NCBI GenBank assembly: GCA_014361015.1
Contig: JACIWJ010000001.1
Span: forward strand, 7,765-71,764
Source of the DNA: Candidatus Bipolaricaulota bacterium
Lineage (GTDB): Bacteria; Bipolaricaulota; Bipolaricaulia; Bipolaricaulales; Bipolaricaulaceae
Length of the DNA: 64,000 nt
Reading direction: 5' to 3'
The translations under genes were made by a program, and so were the position numbers. Shown one piece after another: positions 47,566-55,312 of this stretch (positions are counted from its first letter, which is position 1; every line of letters begins with the position of its first letter). The notes under the pieces are model-generated. The model ran no database searches. It saw nothing but the letters and a program-made list of their open reading frames with translations, and had not been told where the DNA came from.

Positions 47566-50500
47566 GTGATCGACCAGGTGCGCAAGCGAGACGGGAGCGT
47601 TGTTCCATTCGAGAAGGAGAAGATCGCGGCTGCCATCCAGCGCGCCCTGGCCGAGGTGGGGCGCGACGATGCCCCGCTGGCGGCCGCGCTCGCGTCTCAG
47701 GTGGAACAGGCCCTCGCGCTCCGGTTCGGCCCCCTGTTCGGTCCCCCCCATGTGGAGGAGATCCAGGACGCGGTGGAGGAGGCCCTCATGGCCGCCGGCC
47801 TTCCCGATGCGGCGCGGGCGTACATCGTCTACCGCCACCAGCACAAGCAGCTTCGCGAGATCAAGGAGCTCGTCGATCCTGGGCTCGTGGGGAGCTACCT
47901 CAACGGCCAGGACTGGCGGGTGCGCGAGAACTCGAACATGGCGTTCTCCCTCCAAGGGCTGAACGTGTTCCTCACGGAGAAGATCATCGGCCAGTACTGG
48001 CTCACGAAGGTGTACCCAGACCCGATCCGCCGGGCGCACACCGAGGGTGACTTCCACATCCACGACCTCGGCACCCTGGGCCCGTACACCTACTACGGCA
48101 AGGAAGTGGTGGTCGCACGCCATGCGGGGCAACTGAAGGTCTGTTCGTTCGAACAGCTGTACGCGGGGTCAGCGGTCGAGGAGGTCCTCCTCTGCGAGGC
48201 TGACGGCGCGTACGCCAAGTTCCCGAACGACCTCTACGTCCTCGACAAGGACGGCTGGACACGCGTCACACGGCTCGTGCGGAAGGCCAAGCACCGCCCA
48301 ATGCGGTTCATCAAGAACCGGGGCGGGCGGAGCGTGATCGTGACCGACAACCACCCGATGATCGTTCCCCACGGGGAGAAGGAGGCCGTGGCCCTCAACG
48401 AGGGCGACCGCACGTTCACGGTGAGCTTGACGCGCCTGCTTGCCCACGAGAACTTGTTCTCCCAGAGCGAGCTCGACCTGGCGGAGGCGATCCGCGAGCG
48501 GGGGGCCGGTGGCCGGCCGGTGTACCTGGACGGAGTGCCCCTCTCGGAAGCGAGCGATGGCGACCTCCTCCACACCGCGAGCTCCTCGTTCCCCCGCCAC
48601 GTGCGGTTGACGGAAGGGTTCGGCTACTTCGTGGGCCTGACGTTGGCCGAGGGGTTCCTGTCCTATGACCGCAGGGGCAGCCGGGTCATCTCCATCACCC
48701 AGCGGGAGCGGGAGCGGTTGGTACGCGCCAACCGAGGCCTCCTGGACAATCGGACATCGGGTTGCCTGCGGTTGCGGGACGACGGCCGCTGGGAGCTGCG
48801 GGTGGCCAATCCGTTCCTGCGTTTTCTGTTCGAGCGGGTGTTCGAGATCCGGCCCGGCTCCCGTCACAAAACCCTCCCCGTCGGAATCCTGGGCTACAGC
48901 CGCAGCTTCGTCCAGGGCCTCATCGCTGGGTTGATCGATGGGGACGGGACGGTGGAGAGCTGCGGTACCCGACTGTCGCTGCGGGTTGCGGCGCGGAGCC
49001 TCCTCGAGCAGCTGGCGGTGGTGATGGAGCTCTTGGGCTTCATCCCCCGCGATCGGGCCCTGGAGGGCCAGGGGAGCCGCCGCTGGGCCCTCGGGCGGGC
49101 GATCGTTCAGAACCACCCGCTGTACGGGCTTTCGTTCAGCAAGACCCCGCTGGAGCTCCCTGGGGAGAAGTACCAGGAGGCGGCGGTGGCCACCAAGGCG
49201 TGGCACGACGCGGACCGCGACGAGTGGCACCGGGTGATCAACAACGACCCCGTGGACATCCCGGACGAGATCATCTACGACGTGACCACCGAGTCGGGCA
49301 CGCTGGTGGTGAACGGGATGTGGAACCACAACTGCGTGGGGTGGGACCTGGCGGACCTCCTGCGGCAGGGGTTCCGCGGGGCGCGGGGGAAGGTCGAATC
49401 GAGGCCACCGAAGCACTTCCGGGTGGCGCTCATGCAGGCGGTGAACTTCCTCTACACCCTCCAGGGCGAGGCCGCCGGCGCGCAGGCGTTCTCGGGCGTG
49501 GATACCCTCCTCGCCCCGTTCATCGCCGCCGACGGGCTGTCCTACCGCGAGGTCAAGCAGGCCCTCCAGGAGTTCGTCTACAACCTGAACGTACCCACCC
49601 GGGTGGGGTTCCAGACGCCGTTCACGAACATCACCCTCGACCTCCGGCCGCCGGCGCACATGGCTGCGCTGCCGGCCTTGGTGGGAGGGCAGCCGTTCGG
49701 CACGTACGGCGAGTTCACGAGGGAGATGGGTCTGTTCAACCGCGCTCTCGCCGAGGTGCTGACGGAGGGCGACGCCCGGGGGAGGGTGTTCACCTTCCCC
49801 ATCCCGACCTACAACGTGACGGGCGACTTCCCGTGGGACGATCCGAACCTCGTCCCGCTGTGGGAGATGACGGCCAAGTACGGGATCCCCTACTTCGCGA
49901 ACTTCCTCTCCTCGGACATGAAGCCGGAGGACGCCCGCAGCATGTGCTGCCGGCTCAGGCTCGACGTGCGCGAGCTCCGGCGCCGCGGGGGAGGGCTGTT
50001 TGGATCGAACCCCCTCACGGGTTCGATCGGCGTGGTGACCCTGAACCTGCCGCGGCTCGCGTTCCTCTCCAAGGGCGAGGACGAGTTCTTCGAGCGCCTG
50101 CAGGCGCTCATGCAGACCGCGGGACGATCGCTCATCATCAAGCGCAAGCTCCTGGAACGCCTCACCGAGCAGGGGCTGTACCCGTACTCCCAGTTCTACC
50201 TGTCCTCGGTCCGGGAGCAGCGAGGCGAGTACTGGGGGAACCACTTCTCCACGATCGGCGTGATCGGGCTGAACGAGGCCGCGCTGAACCTCGTCGGGGT
50301 CAACCTCGCCCACGAGGAGGGGATCCGGTTCGCGCGCCGGACCCTCCAGTTCATGCGCGAGACCCTCGTTCGGTTTCAGGAGGCGACCGGCCACCTGTGG
50401 AACCTCGAGGCGACCCCCGCCGAGGGGACGGCCTATCGGTTGGCGATGCTCGACCGGGCGCGCCATCCGGGGATCCGGGTTGCCAACGAGCACGCGGTGA

Positions 50501-50856
50501 GGGAGAAGGGGGCCGCGCCCTACTACACGAACTCGTCCCAGCTTCCGGTGGACTTCACCGACGACCTGTTTCGTGCCCTCAAGCTCCAGGAGCCACTCCA
50601 GACCCTGTACACCGGGGGGACCGTGTTCCACGCTTGGCTCGGGGAACGGCTTCCAGCGCCCGAAGCCGTGAAGTCCCTCGTGGCGAAGATCTTCGCGAAC
50701 TTCCGCATCCCCTATCTCACCCTCACCCCGACGTTCTCCGTATGTCCCCGGCACGGGTACCTTCCCGGGGAGAACCGCTATTGCCCCCAGTGCGACGAGG
50801 AGATCATCGTGCGCCATCAGAAGGCCCAAGGAGGCGTTTGTGTCCACGTACCGTGA
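47566..50856 (+). CDS. nrdD: anaerobic ribonucleoside-triphosphate reductase (class III) large fragment, with ATP-cone and an intein, lacking the glycyl-radical domain
   Basis: ATP-cone VRKRDGSVVPFEKEKI. GDFHIHDLGTLGPY ... CVGWDLADLL is interrupted by the intein. C-terminal Zn-ribbon remnant CPRHGY...CPQC. The frame ends 21 codons after CPQC without an RVxGY motif. GTG start after AAGGAGA. Confidence 0.9.
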   Translation: MIDQVRKRDGSVVPFEKEKIAAAIQRALAEVGRDDAPLAAALASQVEQALALRFGPLFGPPHVEEIQDAVEEALMAAGLPDAARAYIVYRHQHKQLREIKELVDPGLVGSYLNGQDWRVRENSNMAFSLQGLNVFLTEKIIGQYWLTKVYPDPIRRAHTEGDFHIHDLGTLGPYTYYGKEVVVARHAGQLKVCSFEQLYAGSAVEEVLLCEADGAYAKFPNDLYVLDKDGWTRVTRLVRKAKHRPMRFIKNRGGRSVIVTDNHPMIVPHGEKEAVALNEGDRTFTVSLTRLLAHENLFSQSELDLAEAIRERGAGGRPVYLDGVPLSEASDGDLLHTASSSFPRHVRLTEGFGYFVGLTLAEGFLSYDRRGSRVISITQRERERLVRANRGLLDNRTSGCLRLRDDGRWELRVANPFLRFLFERVFEIRPGSRHKTLPVGILGYSRSFVQGLIAGLIDGDGTVESCGTRLSLRVAARSLLEQLAVVMELLGFIPRDRALEGQGSRRWALGRAIVQNHPLYGLSFSKTPLELPGEKYQEAAVATKAWHDADRDEWHRVINNDPVDIPDEIIYDVTTESGTLVVNGMWNHNCVGWDLADLLRQGFRGARGKVESRPPKHFRVALMQAVNFLYTLQGEAAGAQAFSGVDTLLAPFIAADGLSYREVKQALQEFVYNLNVPTRVGFQTPFTNITLDLRPPAHMAALPALVGGQPFGTYGEFTREMGLFNRALAEVLTEGDARGRVFTFPIPTYNVTGDFPWDDPNLVPLWEMTAKYGIPYFANFLSSDMKPEDARSMCCRLRLDVRELRRRGGGLFGSNPLTGSIGVVTLNLPRLAFLSKGEDEFFERLQALMQTAGRSLIIKRKLLERLTEQGLYPYSQFYLSSVREQRGEYWGNHFSTIGVIGLNEAALNLVGVNLAHEEGIRFARRTLQFMRETLVRFQEATGHLWNLEATPAEGTAYRLAMLDRARHPGIRVANEHAVREKGAAPYYTNSSQLPVDFTDDLFRALKLQEPLQTLYTGGTVFHAWLGERLPAPEAVKSLVAKIFANFRIPYLTLTPTFSVCPRHGYLPGENRYCPQCDEEIIVRHQKAQGGVCVHVP
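48088..49332 (+). mobile_element. intein (415 aa) with LAGLIDADG homing endonuclease inside nrdD
   Basis: Block A-like TYYGKEVVV, block B VIVTDNHP, LAGLIDADG motifs (FVGLTLAEGF, LIAGLIDGDGTV), block F IIYDVTTESGTLVVNG, block G MWNHN followed by +1 Cys. Removing it joins ...LGPY to CVGWDL... Confidence 0.85.
50828..50842 (+). promoter_or_regulatory. Shine-Dalgarno AAGGAGG plus GTG start of the glycyl-radical ORF, inside the 3-prime end of nrdD
   Basis: AAGGAGG (50828-50834), 5-nt spacer CGTTT, GTG at 50840. The nrdD-frame TGA is at 50854-50856. Confidence 0.55.
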
Positions 50857-51046
50857 GGATGAACAGGGGAACTTGGTCCTCGAGGATGGAACGGTCATCC
50901 CGGAGACGGAGCGGACGAGAGCTGAGGTCTACTCTCGCGTCGTGGGCTACCTGCGCCCGGTGGAGCAGTGGAACGCGGGGAAGCAGGCCGAGTTCGTGGA
51001 TCGGAAGGTGTTCCGCCCCCCTCTCGGGGACGAGCGACCCGGCTAG
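50840..51046 (+). CDS. class III RNR glycyl-radical domain encoded as a separate 68-aa +1-frame ORF
   Basis: Contains EVYSRVVGYLRPVEQWNAGKQAEFVDRK, the canonical NrdD C-terminal glycyl radical motif (Gly codon at 50945-50947). Overlaps the nrdD end by 17 nt. Confidence 0.8.
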   Translation: MSTYREDEQGNLVLEDGTVIPETERTRAEVYSRVVGYLRPVEQWNAGKQAEFVDRKVFRPPLGDERPG

Positions 51047-51049
51047 CGG

Positions 51050-51814
51050 ATGGAGGTCGCCCATCTTCAGCCCCTCTCCCTCCTCGACTACCCGAGGCAG
51101 GTGGCGGCGGTGGTGTGGACGGTGGGGTGCAACCTCCGCTGTCCGTTCTGCTACAACGCTGAGCTCGTCCTGCCCGAGCTTGCTGTGGGTCTTCCGCGGC
51201 TCCCGGCGGACGGGCTGCTTGCTCGGCTGCGGGAGCGGGTGGGGTTCCTCGACGCGGTCGTCGTTACCGGGGGAGAACCCACCCTCAACGTCGATCTCCC
51301 TGGGTTCCTGCGGGAGCTGAAAGCGCTGGGATTCCTCGTCAAGCTCGACACGAACGGGACCCGTCCCGACGTCCTCCGGTCTCTGCTCGATGACGGGCTC
51401 GTGGACTACGTGGCCCTCGATGTCAAGGCGCCGTTCGCGCGGTACCCCGAGTTCACCGGCCTCCCGCCTGCGCTCTCTGTCGCGTCGGGGGTGGTTCCCG
51501 ACGGCCGTTCGGCGTCGGAGGGCATGTCCGATCTCGTGGTGCGGATTCGGGAGTCGATGGCCGTGGTCCGTGACCGCGCCCCCGACTACGAGTTCCGGAC
51601 CACGGTTGCCCCTGGGATCGCTCGGGAGGACCTGGTGGCGATCGCCGGCGAGATCCGTGGCGCCCGGCGCTACGCGCTCCAGCCGTTCTTCGTCCCCGCG
51701 GGGAAGCGGCTGCTAGACGAGACGTGGCGGGGGCGGCCCGCCCTACCGGCCGGCGAGCTGCGGAGGATCGTCCCCGAGCTTCAGAAGTTTGTGCTCACCG
51801 AACTCCGGGGTTAG
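51050..51814 (+). CDS. nrdG: anaerobic ribonucleotide reductase activating protein (radical SAM)
   Basis: LLDYPRQVAAVVWTVGCNLRCPFCYN (CxxxCxxC) and VVVTGGEPTL. Confidence 0.9.
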   Translation: MEVAHLQPLSLLDYPRQVAAVVWTVGCNLRCPFCYNAELVLPELAVGLPRLPADGLLARLRERVGFLDAVVVTGGEPTLNVDLPGFLRELKALGFLVKLDTNGTRPDVLRSLLDDGLVDYVALDVKAPFARYPEFTGLPPALSVASGVVPDGRSASEGMSDLVVRIRESMAVVRDRAPDYEFRTTVAPGIAREDLVAIAGEIRGARRYALQPFFVPAGKRLLDETWRGRPALPAGELRRIVPELQKFVLTELRG

Positions 51815-52785
51815 TCGAGTCCCACCCGGGCGCGGACCTCGCGCATCGTCTCCCGGGCGATCGCCCGCGCCCTCCCGGCGCCGTGGGCGAGGACCTCGTC
51901 CACGTCTCCGCGGGCGGTGAGCTCCTCTCGGCGCTCGCGGATCGGGCGCAGGGCGTCCGCGAGGTGGGTGAACAACGCCTCCTTGAGGTCGCGGTAGAGG
52001 AGTCTTCCCGCGTTGTGGTCGCGGCGGAACGTGTCCACGACCTCGGTTGGGGCCACGAGTTCAAGGAGGGAAAACAGGTTCGCGACCCCCGGGGACATCT
52101 CCTGGCCCGGGGTGAGCCCGACGTCGGTCACCGCCGACCGGACCTTCTTGCGAACGCTCTCCTCCGGTTCCATGAGGCCGATGTAGTGGTCCGGGCCGGC
52201 GGACTTGCTCATCTTCCGCGCCGGATCGGCCAACGACATGATCCGTGCCCCCTCTCCGACGATCGGCTCCGGCTCGGGGAACGTGTCCCCGAACCGGAAG
52301 TTGAACCGCCGGGCGATCCGCCGCGCCTCCTCCAGGTGCTGGACCTGGTCCTCCCCCACCGGGACGTGGTCAGCGTGGAAGAGGAGGATGTCCGCGGCCT
52401 GGAGGACGGGGTAGTAGAACAGCCCGCCGTTGACGAACTCCTGGCGGGCGGACTTCTCCTTGAACTGGGTCATCCGCGTCAGGTCGCCGTAGGAGGCGAC
52501 ACAGCCCAGGATCCAGCACAGCTCCGTGTGCTCGGGGACCGCGGACTGCACGTAGAGGATCGAGCGTTCGGGATCCACGCCGCAGGCAAGGAGGTCGAGG
52601 GCGAGTTCCCGCCGCGCCGCGCGGAGCTCGGCCGGCACCGTGTCCTCGTTCGTGAGGGCGTGGTAGTCGACGATGGAGTAGATGCAGTCGTTCCGCTCCT
52701 GGAGCTCGACCCAGCGCCGGATCGCCCCGAAGTAGTTCCCGATGTGAAGCGCGCCGGTCGGTTGGATGCCTGAGAAGATGCGCAT
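51811..52785 (-). CDS. trpS: tryptophan--tRNA ligase
   Basis: MRIFSGIQPTGALHIGNY (HIGH) and KMSKS motifs, 324 aa. Confidence 0.95.
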   Translation of the reverse strand: MRIFSGIQPTGALHIGNYFGAIRRWVELQERNDCIYSIVDYHALTNEDTVPAELRAARRELALDLLACGVDPERSILYVQSAVPEHTELCWILGCVASYGDLTRMTQFKEKSARQEFVNGGLFYYPVLQAADILLFHADHVPVGEDQVQHLEEARRIARRFNFRFGDTFPEPEPIVGEGARIMSLADPARKMSKSAGPDHYIGLMEPEESVRKKVRSAVTDVGLTPGQEMSPGVANLFSLLELVAPTEVVDTFRRDHNAGRLLYRDLKEALFTHLADALRPIRERREELTARGDVDEVLAHGAGRARAIARETMREVRARVGLD

Positions 52786-53923
52786 GGATCCCTCCCTGAG
52801 GCGGGAAGTATAGATGGGCTCCGGTCAGGTCACAAGGCAAAGCTCTGCCAGCCAGGGCGCTCGGTGCGGTTCGCACGTCGCGCTGGATGTAGTGGGCCAA
52901 GAGATCGTTACCACCTCTGAGGGCCCAGTCGGCACTGATCCGGTCGAGCACCAGAGGCGGGAACAGCGCGAACTCGCGGGGTAGATCGTAGCCCAGCTCC
53001 TGTAGCACCTGGAACGGTGGTTTCCCGTCCATCCCCGCCCCGTAGTGCGGCCGCTCCAGGTGGTAGTAGTACACCCAGCCCGCAGCCTTGTGGAGGAACC
53101 CCGCTTCCGTCCGCACCTTGTCCAGGAACGGCAGGTAGAACTCCTCGTCGTCCGTGCGGTGGGAGCGCTCCACCCGACCGTTGTGTTCTTTCTTCCCCAG
53201 CGGGATCCGGGCCAGCCTCACCTCCAGGGGAGCGTAGTGCTTCTCCTGGAGCCGGTGGAGCTTCTGGGGGTTACTGCCCCCGAACTCTTCCCCCCAGTCC
53301 GTCTGCCACGCCAGTTCTCCCTCGATCCCGTGTCCCCTAACCCACAGCATCACCAGTCCCATGAAGCACAACCCGTTGGTCAACGTGATCTCGTGGCTCC
53401 ACGCCAGGAACCGCAGCCTCGTCCGTCCCTCGAGGAACGTCCACTGGTACCGGGGAAGCTTCCGTTTCGCCAGATGATCCCAGAGCTTCGTTCCCAGCGC
53501 CCCCTTGTCGAGCACGTCCTTCACGTCCACCTGGGCGAGGGTGAACGGCTTCTCTTCCTCCCACGCCCAGGAGGCAGGGTAGAACGTCTTCCTCTTCGTC
53601 TTGTGCCCCCTGAACCCGTTCCGACGGAGGATGTGGCGGATCGTGTGGGGGGCGAGGACGAGCCCCTTCTCCCGCCACAGGTACCAGGCAAGCCTCTTCC
53701 GGCCGTAGCCCGTGGCCTTCTTGGCTTCGAGAACCGCGGCCTCGATCTGGGCCACGGTCTGGGTGGGACAGTGGCGGGGACGACGCGAGCGATCCCCAAG
53801 TCCTGCCGCCCCTCCCGTGCGGTAGCGCTGTACCCACTTCCGGACGAGGTTTCGGGACGTGTGCCACCTCCGGGCGGTCTCGGCGATGCTCCCCGTCTGC
53901 AGGTACGTCTCGACCAGCCTCAT
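52370..53923 (-). CDS. IS481-family DDE transposase; the ORF has no stop inside the element and runs on into the trpS 5-prime region in another frame
   Basis: N-terminal HTH GSIAETARRWHTSRNLVRKWVQRY...RSRRP and rve-type catalytic regions (QVDVKD, WQTDWGEEF, NGRVERSH). Homology-like sequence ends near GGNDLLAHY, at about 52890 inside the right IR. Confidence 0.85.
   Translation of the reverse strand: MRLVETYLQTGSIAETARRWHTSRNLVRKWVQRYRTGGAAGLGDRSRRPRHCPTQTVAQIEAAVLEAKKATGYGRKRLAWYLWREKGLVLAPHTIRHILRRNGFRGHKTKRKTFYPASWAWEEEKPFTLAQVDVKDVLDKGALGTKLWDHLAKRKLPRYQWTFLEGRTRLRFLAWSHEITLTNGLCFMGLVMLWVRGHGIEGELAWQTDWGEEFGGSNPQKLHRLQEKHYAPLEVRLARIPLGKKEHNGRVERSHRTDDEEFYLPFLDKVRTEAGFLHKAAGWVYYYHLERPHYGAGMDGKPPFQVLQELGYDLPREFALFPPLVLDRISADWALRGGNDLLAHYIQRDVRTAPSALAGRALPCDLTGAHLYFPPQGGIHAHLLRHPTDRRASHRELLRGDPALGRAPGAERLHLLHRRLPRPHERGHGAGRAPRGAAGTRPRPPCLRRGSRTLDPLRAVRGPRAHGAVLDPGLCRLLRRPDADDPVQGEVRPPGVRQRRAVLLPRPPGRGHPPLPR
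52892..52913. repeat. IS481-like terminal inverted repeat (trpS-proximal)
   Basis: GTGGGCCAAGAGATCGTTACCA is complementary to 54065-54086 at 20 of 22 positions (checked base by base). Confidence 0.7.
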
Positions 53924-54064
53924 CCTTGCCGCCTCGGGGGTTCATGACATACGCTTCCTTGTAGGCAAGATCCACTGCCCCCCCGCTCCTCCTTTCCTTG
54001 TTGCCAAGCTCTCTTAGGAGGAGCACCGCCTTCTTTCAACCACCCCGTCACCAACCCCTCAGCC

Positions 54065-54086
54065 TGGTAACGATCTCCTGGCGCAC
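54065..54086. repeat. IS481-like terminal inverted repeat (crp-proximal)
   Basis: TGGTAACGATCTCCTGGCGCAC, partner of 52892-52913. Confidence 0.7.
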
Positions 54087-54169
54087 CTAGATTGGATCCC
54101 TTGCCCAATGTGGATTCGTGCGCTACTATGTTAGGAAGACGGCCCGGGCAGGGGAGGTGACGACGGAGG

Positions 54170-54865
54170 ATGACCGGACCGGACGCGACAACCGTAAGCT
54201 GTGCCTCCTGTCCCTCCCGCCCCCGGTGTGTCCTCTCGGCTGTGGAACCCGAGGCCCTCCGAAGGTTCGCGCCATGCGGCCAGCGGGTTCGGTTCGAGAG
54301 GGGCACGACGATCGTCCACGAGGGGACTCCCTCCACAGGCTGGGTCATCCTCTGTCACGGACGGGCCCGGCTCACCGTGAGCACGGAGGACGGCAAGAGG
54401 TTGCTGCTGCGGTTCTGCGGCCCGGGCGAGCTTCTCGCGGGGTCGCTGTCCGGGCCCCACGGTTTATCGGTGACCGCCGCCTCGCGCTGCGTTGTGGGGT
54501 TCGTCCCCCGCGAGCACGTCCTGGACTTTGGCCGCCGGTGCCCGGAGTTGCTCGCTGCAGCCCACCTGCGCTGGGAGGAGAGGGAGCGTGCTCTGACAAA
54601 GCGCTTGGTGGACCTCGCCTACGCGAGCACCCGACGGCGCCTGGTGCGGGTGCTCCTGGAGCTGGCGGAGGAGCACGGGGTACGGGAGGGCGCCAAGATG
54701 CGGATCGAGCTTCCGCTATTGCTTGGGGACCTGGCGGGGATGATCGGTGCGAGCCGGCAGACGACCTGCGAGGAAGTTCAGCTGCTGCGTGCCGAGGGGT
54801 TGATCGAGGTTGCCTGGCCGCGGGTCTTCCGTGCGGACGTCGAGCACCTGCGCCAGCTCAGCTGA
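54170..54865 (+). CDS. Crp/Fnr family transcriptional regulator with FNR-like N-terminal Cys cluster
   Basis: CASCPSRPRC (C-x2-C-x5-C) near the N-terminus, a cNMP-binding-like beta-roll, and a C-terminal HTH LAGMIGASRQTTCEEVQLL. Confidence 0.85.
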   Translation: MTGPDATTVSCASCPSRPRCVLSAVEPEALRRFAPCGQRVRFERGTTIVHEGTPSTGWVILCHGRARLTVSTEDGKRLLLRFCGPGELLAGSLSGPHGLSVTAASRCVVGFVPREHVLDFGRRCPELLAAAHLRWEERERALTKRLVDLAYASTRRRLVRVLLELAEEHGVREGAKMRIELPLLLGDLAGMIGASRQTTCEEVQLLRAEGLIEVAWPRVFRADVEHLRQLS

Positions 54866-55028
54866 CGAATGTTCTGCTCTGGGAAGAATCCTTATTCCAG
54901 ACCGTACTTCGCCCTCTGGCATCGCCAAGGCGAACGCCGTCGTTGGCCAAGATGAACGGAATCGTTCAGCTAGTTGATTGACGAGCGATGTCGGGAAGAA
55001 AAATATTTAAACTATAGGAGGTGAGAAC

Positions 55029-55142
55029 ATGAGGGCTATTAATGAGACGACATGGCTCCAGAAGGAAGATGGAATTGGAGTTATCCGTGGAACAAGCTGT
55101 GGCGTCATTTGTTCGCCTTACTGTAAGGCGGAGATAAAATGA
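55029..55142 (+). CDS. candidate 37-aa Cys-rich precursor peptide (MRAINETTWLQKEDGIGVIRGTSCGVICSPYCKAEIK)
   Basis: Not in the ORF track because it is under 60 aa. Strong SD AGGAGGTG (55016-55023) lies 5 nt before the ATG. C-x3-C-x3-C motif in the C-terminal half. AT-rich context. Only about 28 bp from the SPASM ORF once the IS256 is removed. Confidence 0.45.
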   Translation: MRAINETTWLQKEDGIGVIRGTSCGVICSPYCKAEIK

Positions 55143-55157
55143 TTTGAGGTTTTTGGT

Positions 55158-55172
55158 CACCGGGCAGTTGCA
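55158..55172. repeat. IS256 left terminal inverted repeat
   Basis: CACCGGGCAGTTGCA is the exact reverse complement of 56627-56641. Confidence 0.85.
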
Positions 55173-55312
55173 TAGGTAGAGTCCCAGGACGTGGTGTAGA
55201 TCCAGTGGCGTGAGGGAGCAGTGCTCTGGGGATGGGGCAAGGCGGCCTTGACGGAGAGGCCACCGGAGGGTTCCTTTGGTGCTATCTCGACGTGAAAGGA
55301 GGAACCCAACCG

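Larger units (their letters stand above)
52892..54086 (-). mobile_element. IS481-family-like insertion sequence (about 1.2 kb)
   Basis: Single HTH plus rve/DDE transposase flanked by 22-bp imperfect terminal inverted repeats (20/22 complementary). Confidence 0.7.

Noticed and set aside
50828-50856. prfB-like programmed +1 frameshift joining nrdD to the glycyl-radical ORF (SD-like AAGGAGG upstream plus an in-frame TGA).
   Set aside because: No codon permits P-site tRNA re-pairing in the +1 frame: GTT-T would become TTT and CCG-T would become CGT. The SD-to-GTG spacing of 5 nt fits independent initiation better. The idea is kept only as an alternative within the split-nrdD finding.
55149-55157. 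Target-site duplications flanking IS256 (and IS481 at 52887-52891 / 54087-54091).
   Set aside because: The flanking 8-9 bp (TTTTTGGT versus TTGATTAT) and the IS481 flanks (ATGTA versus CTAGA) do not match. No TSD can be claimed from this window.
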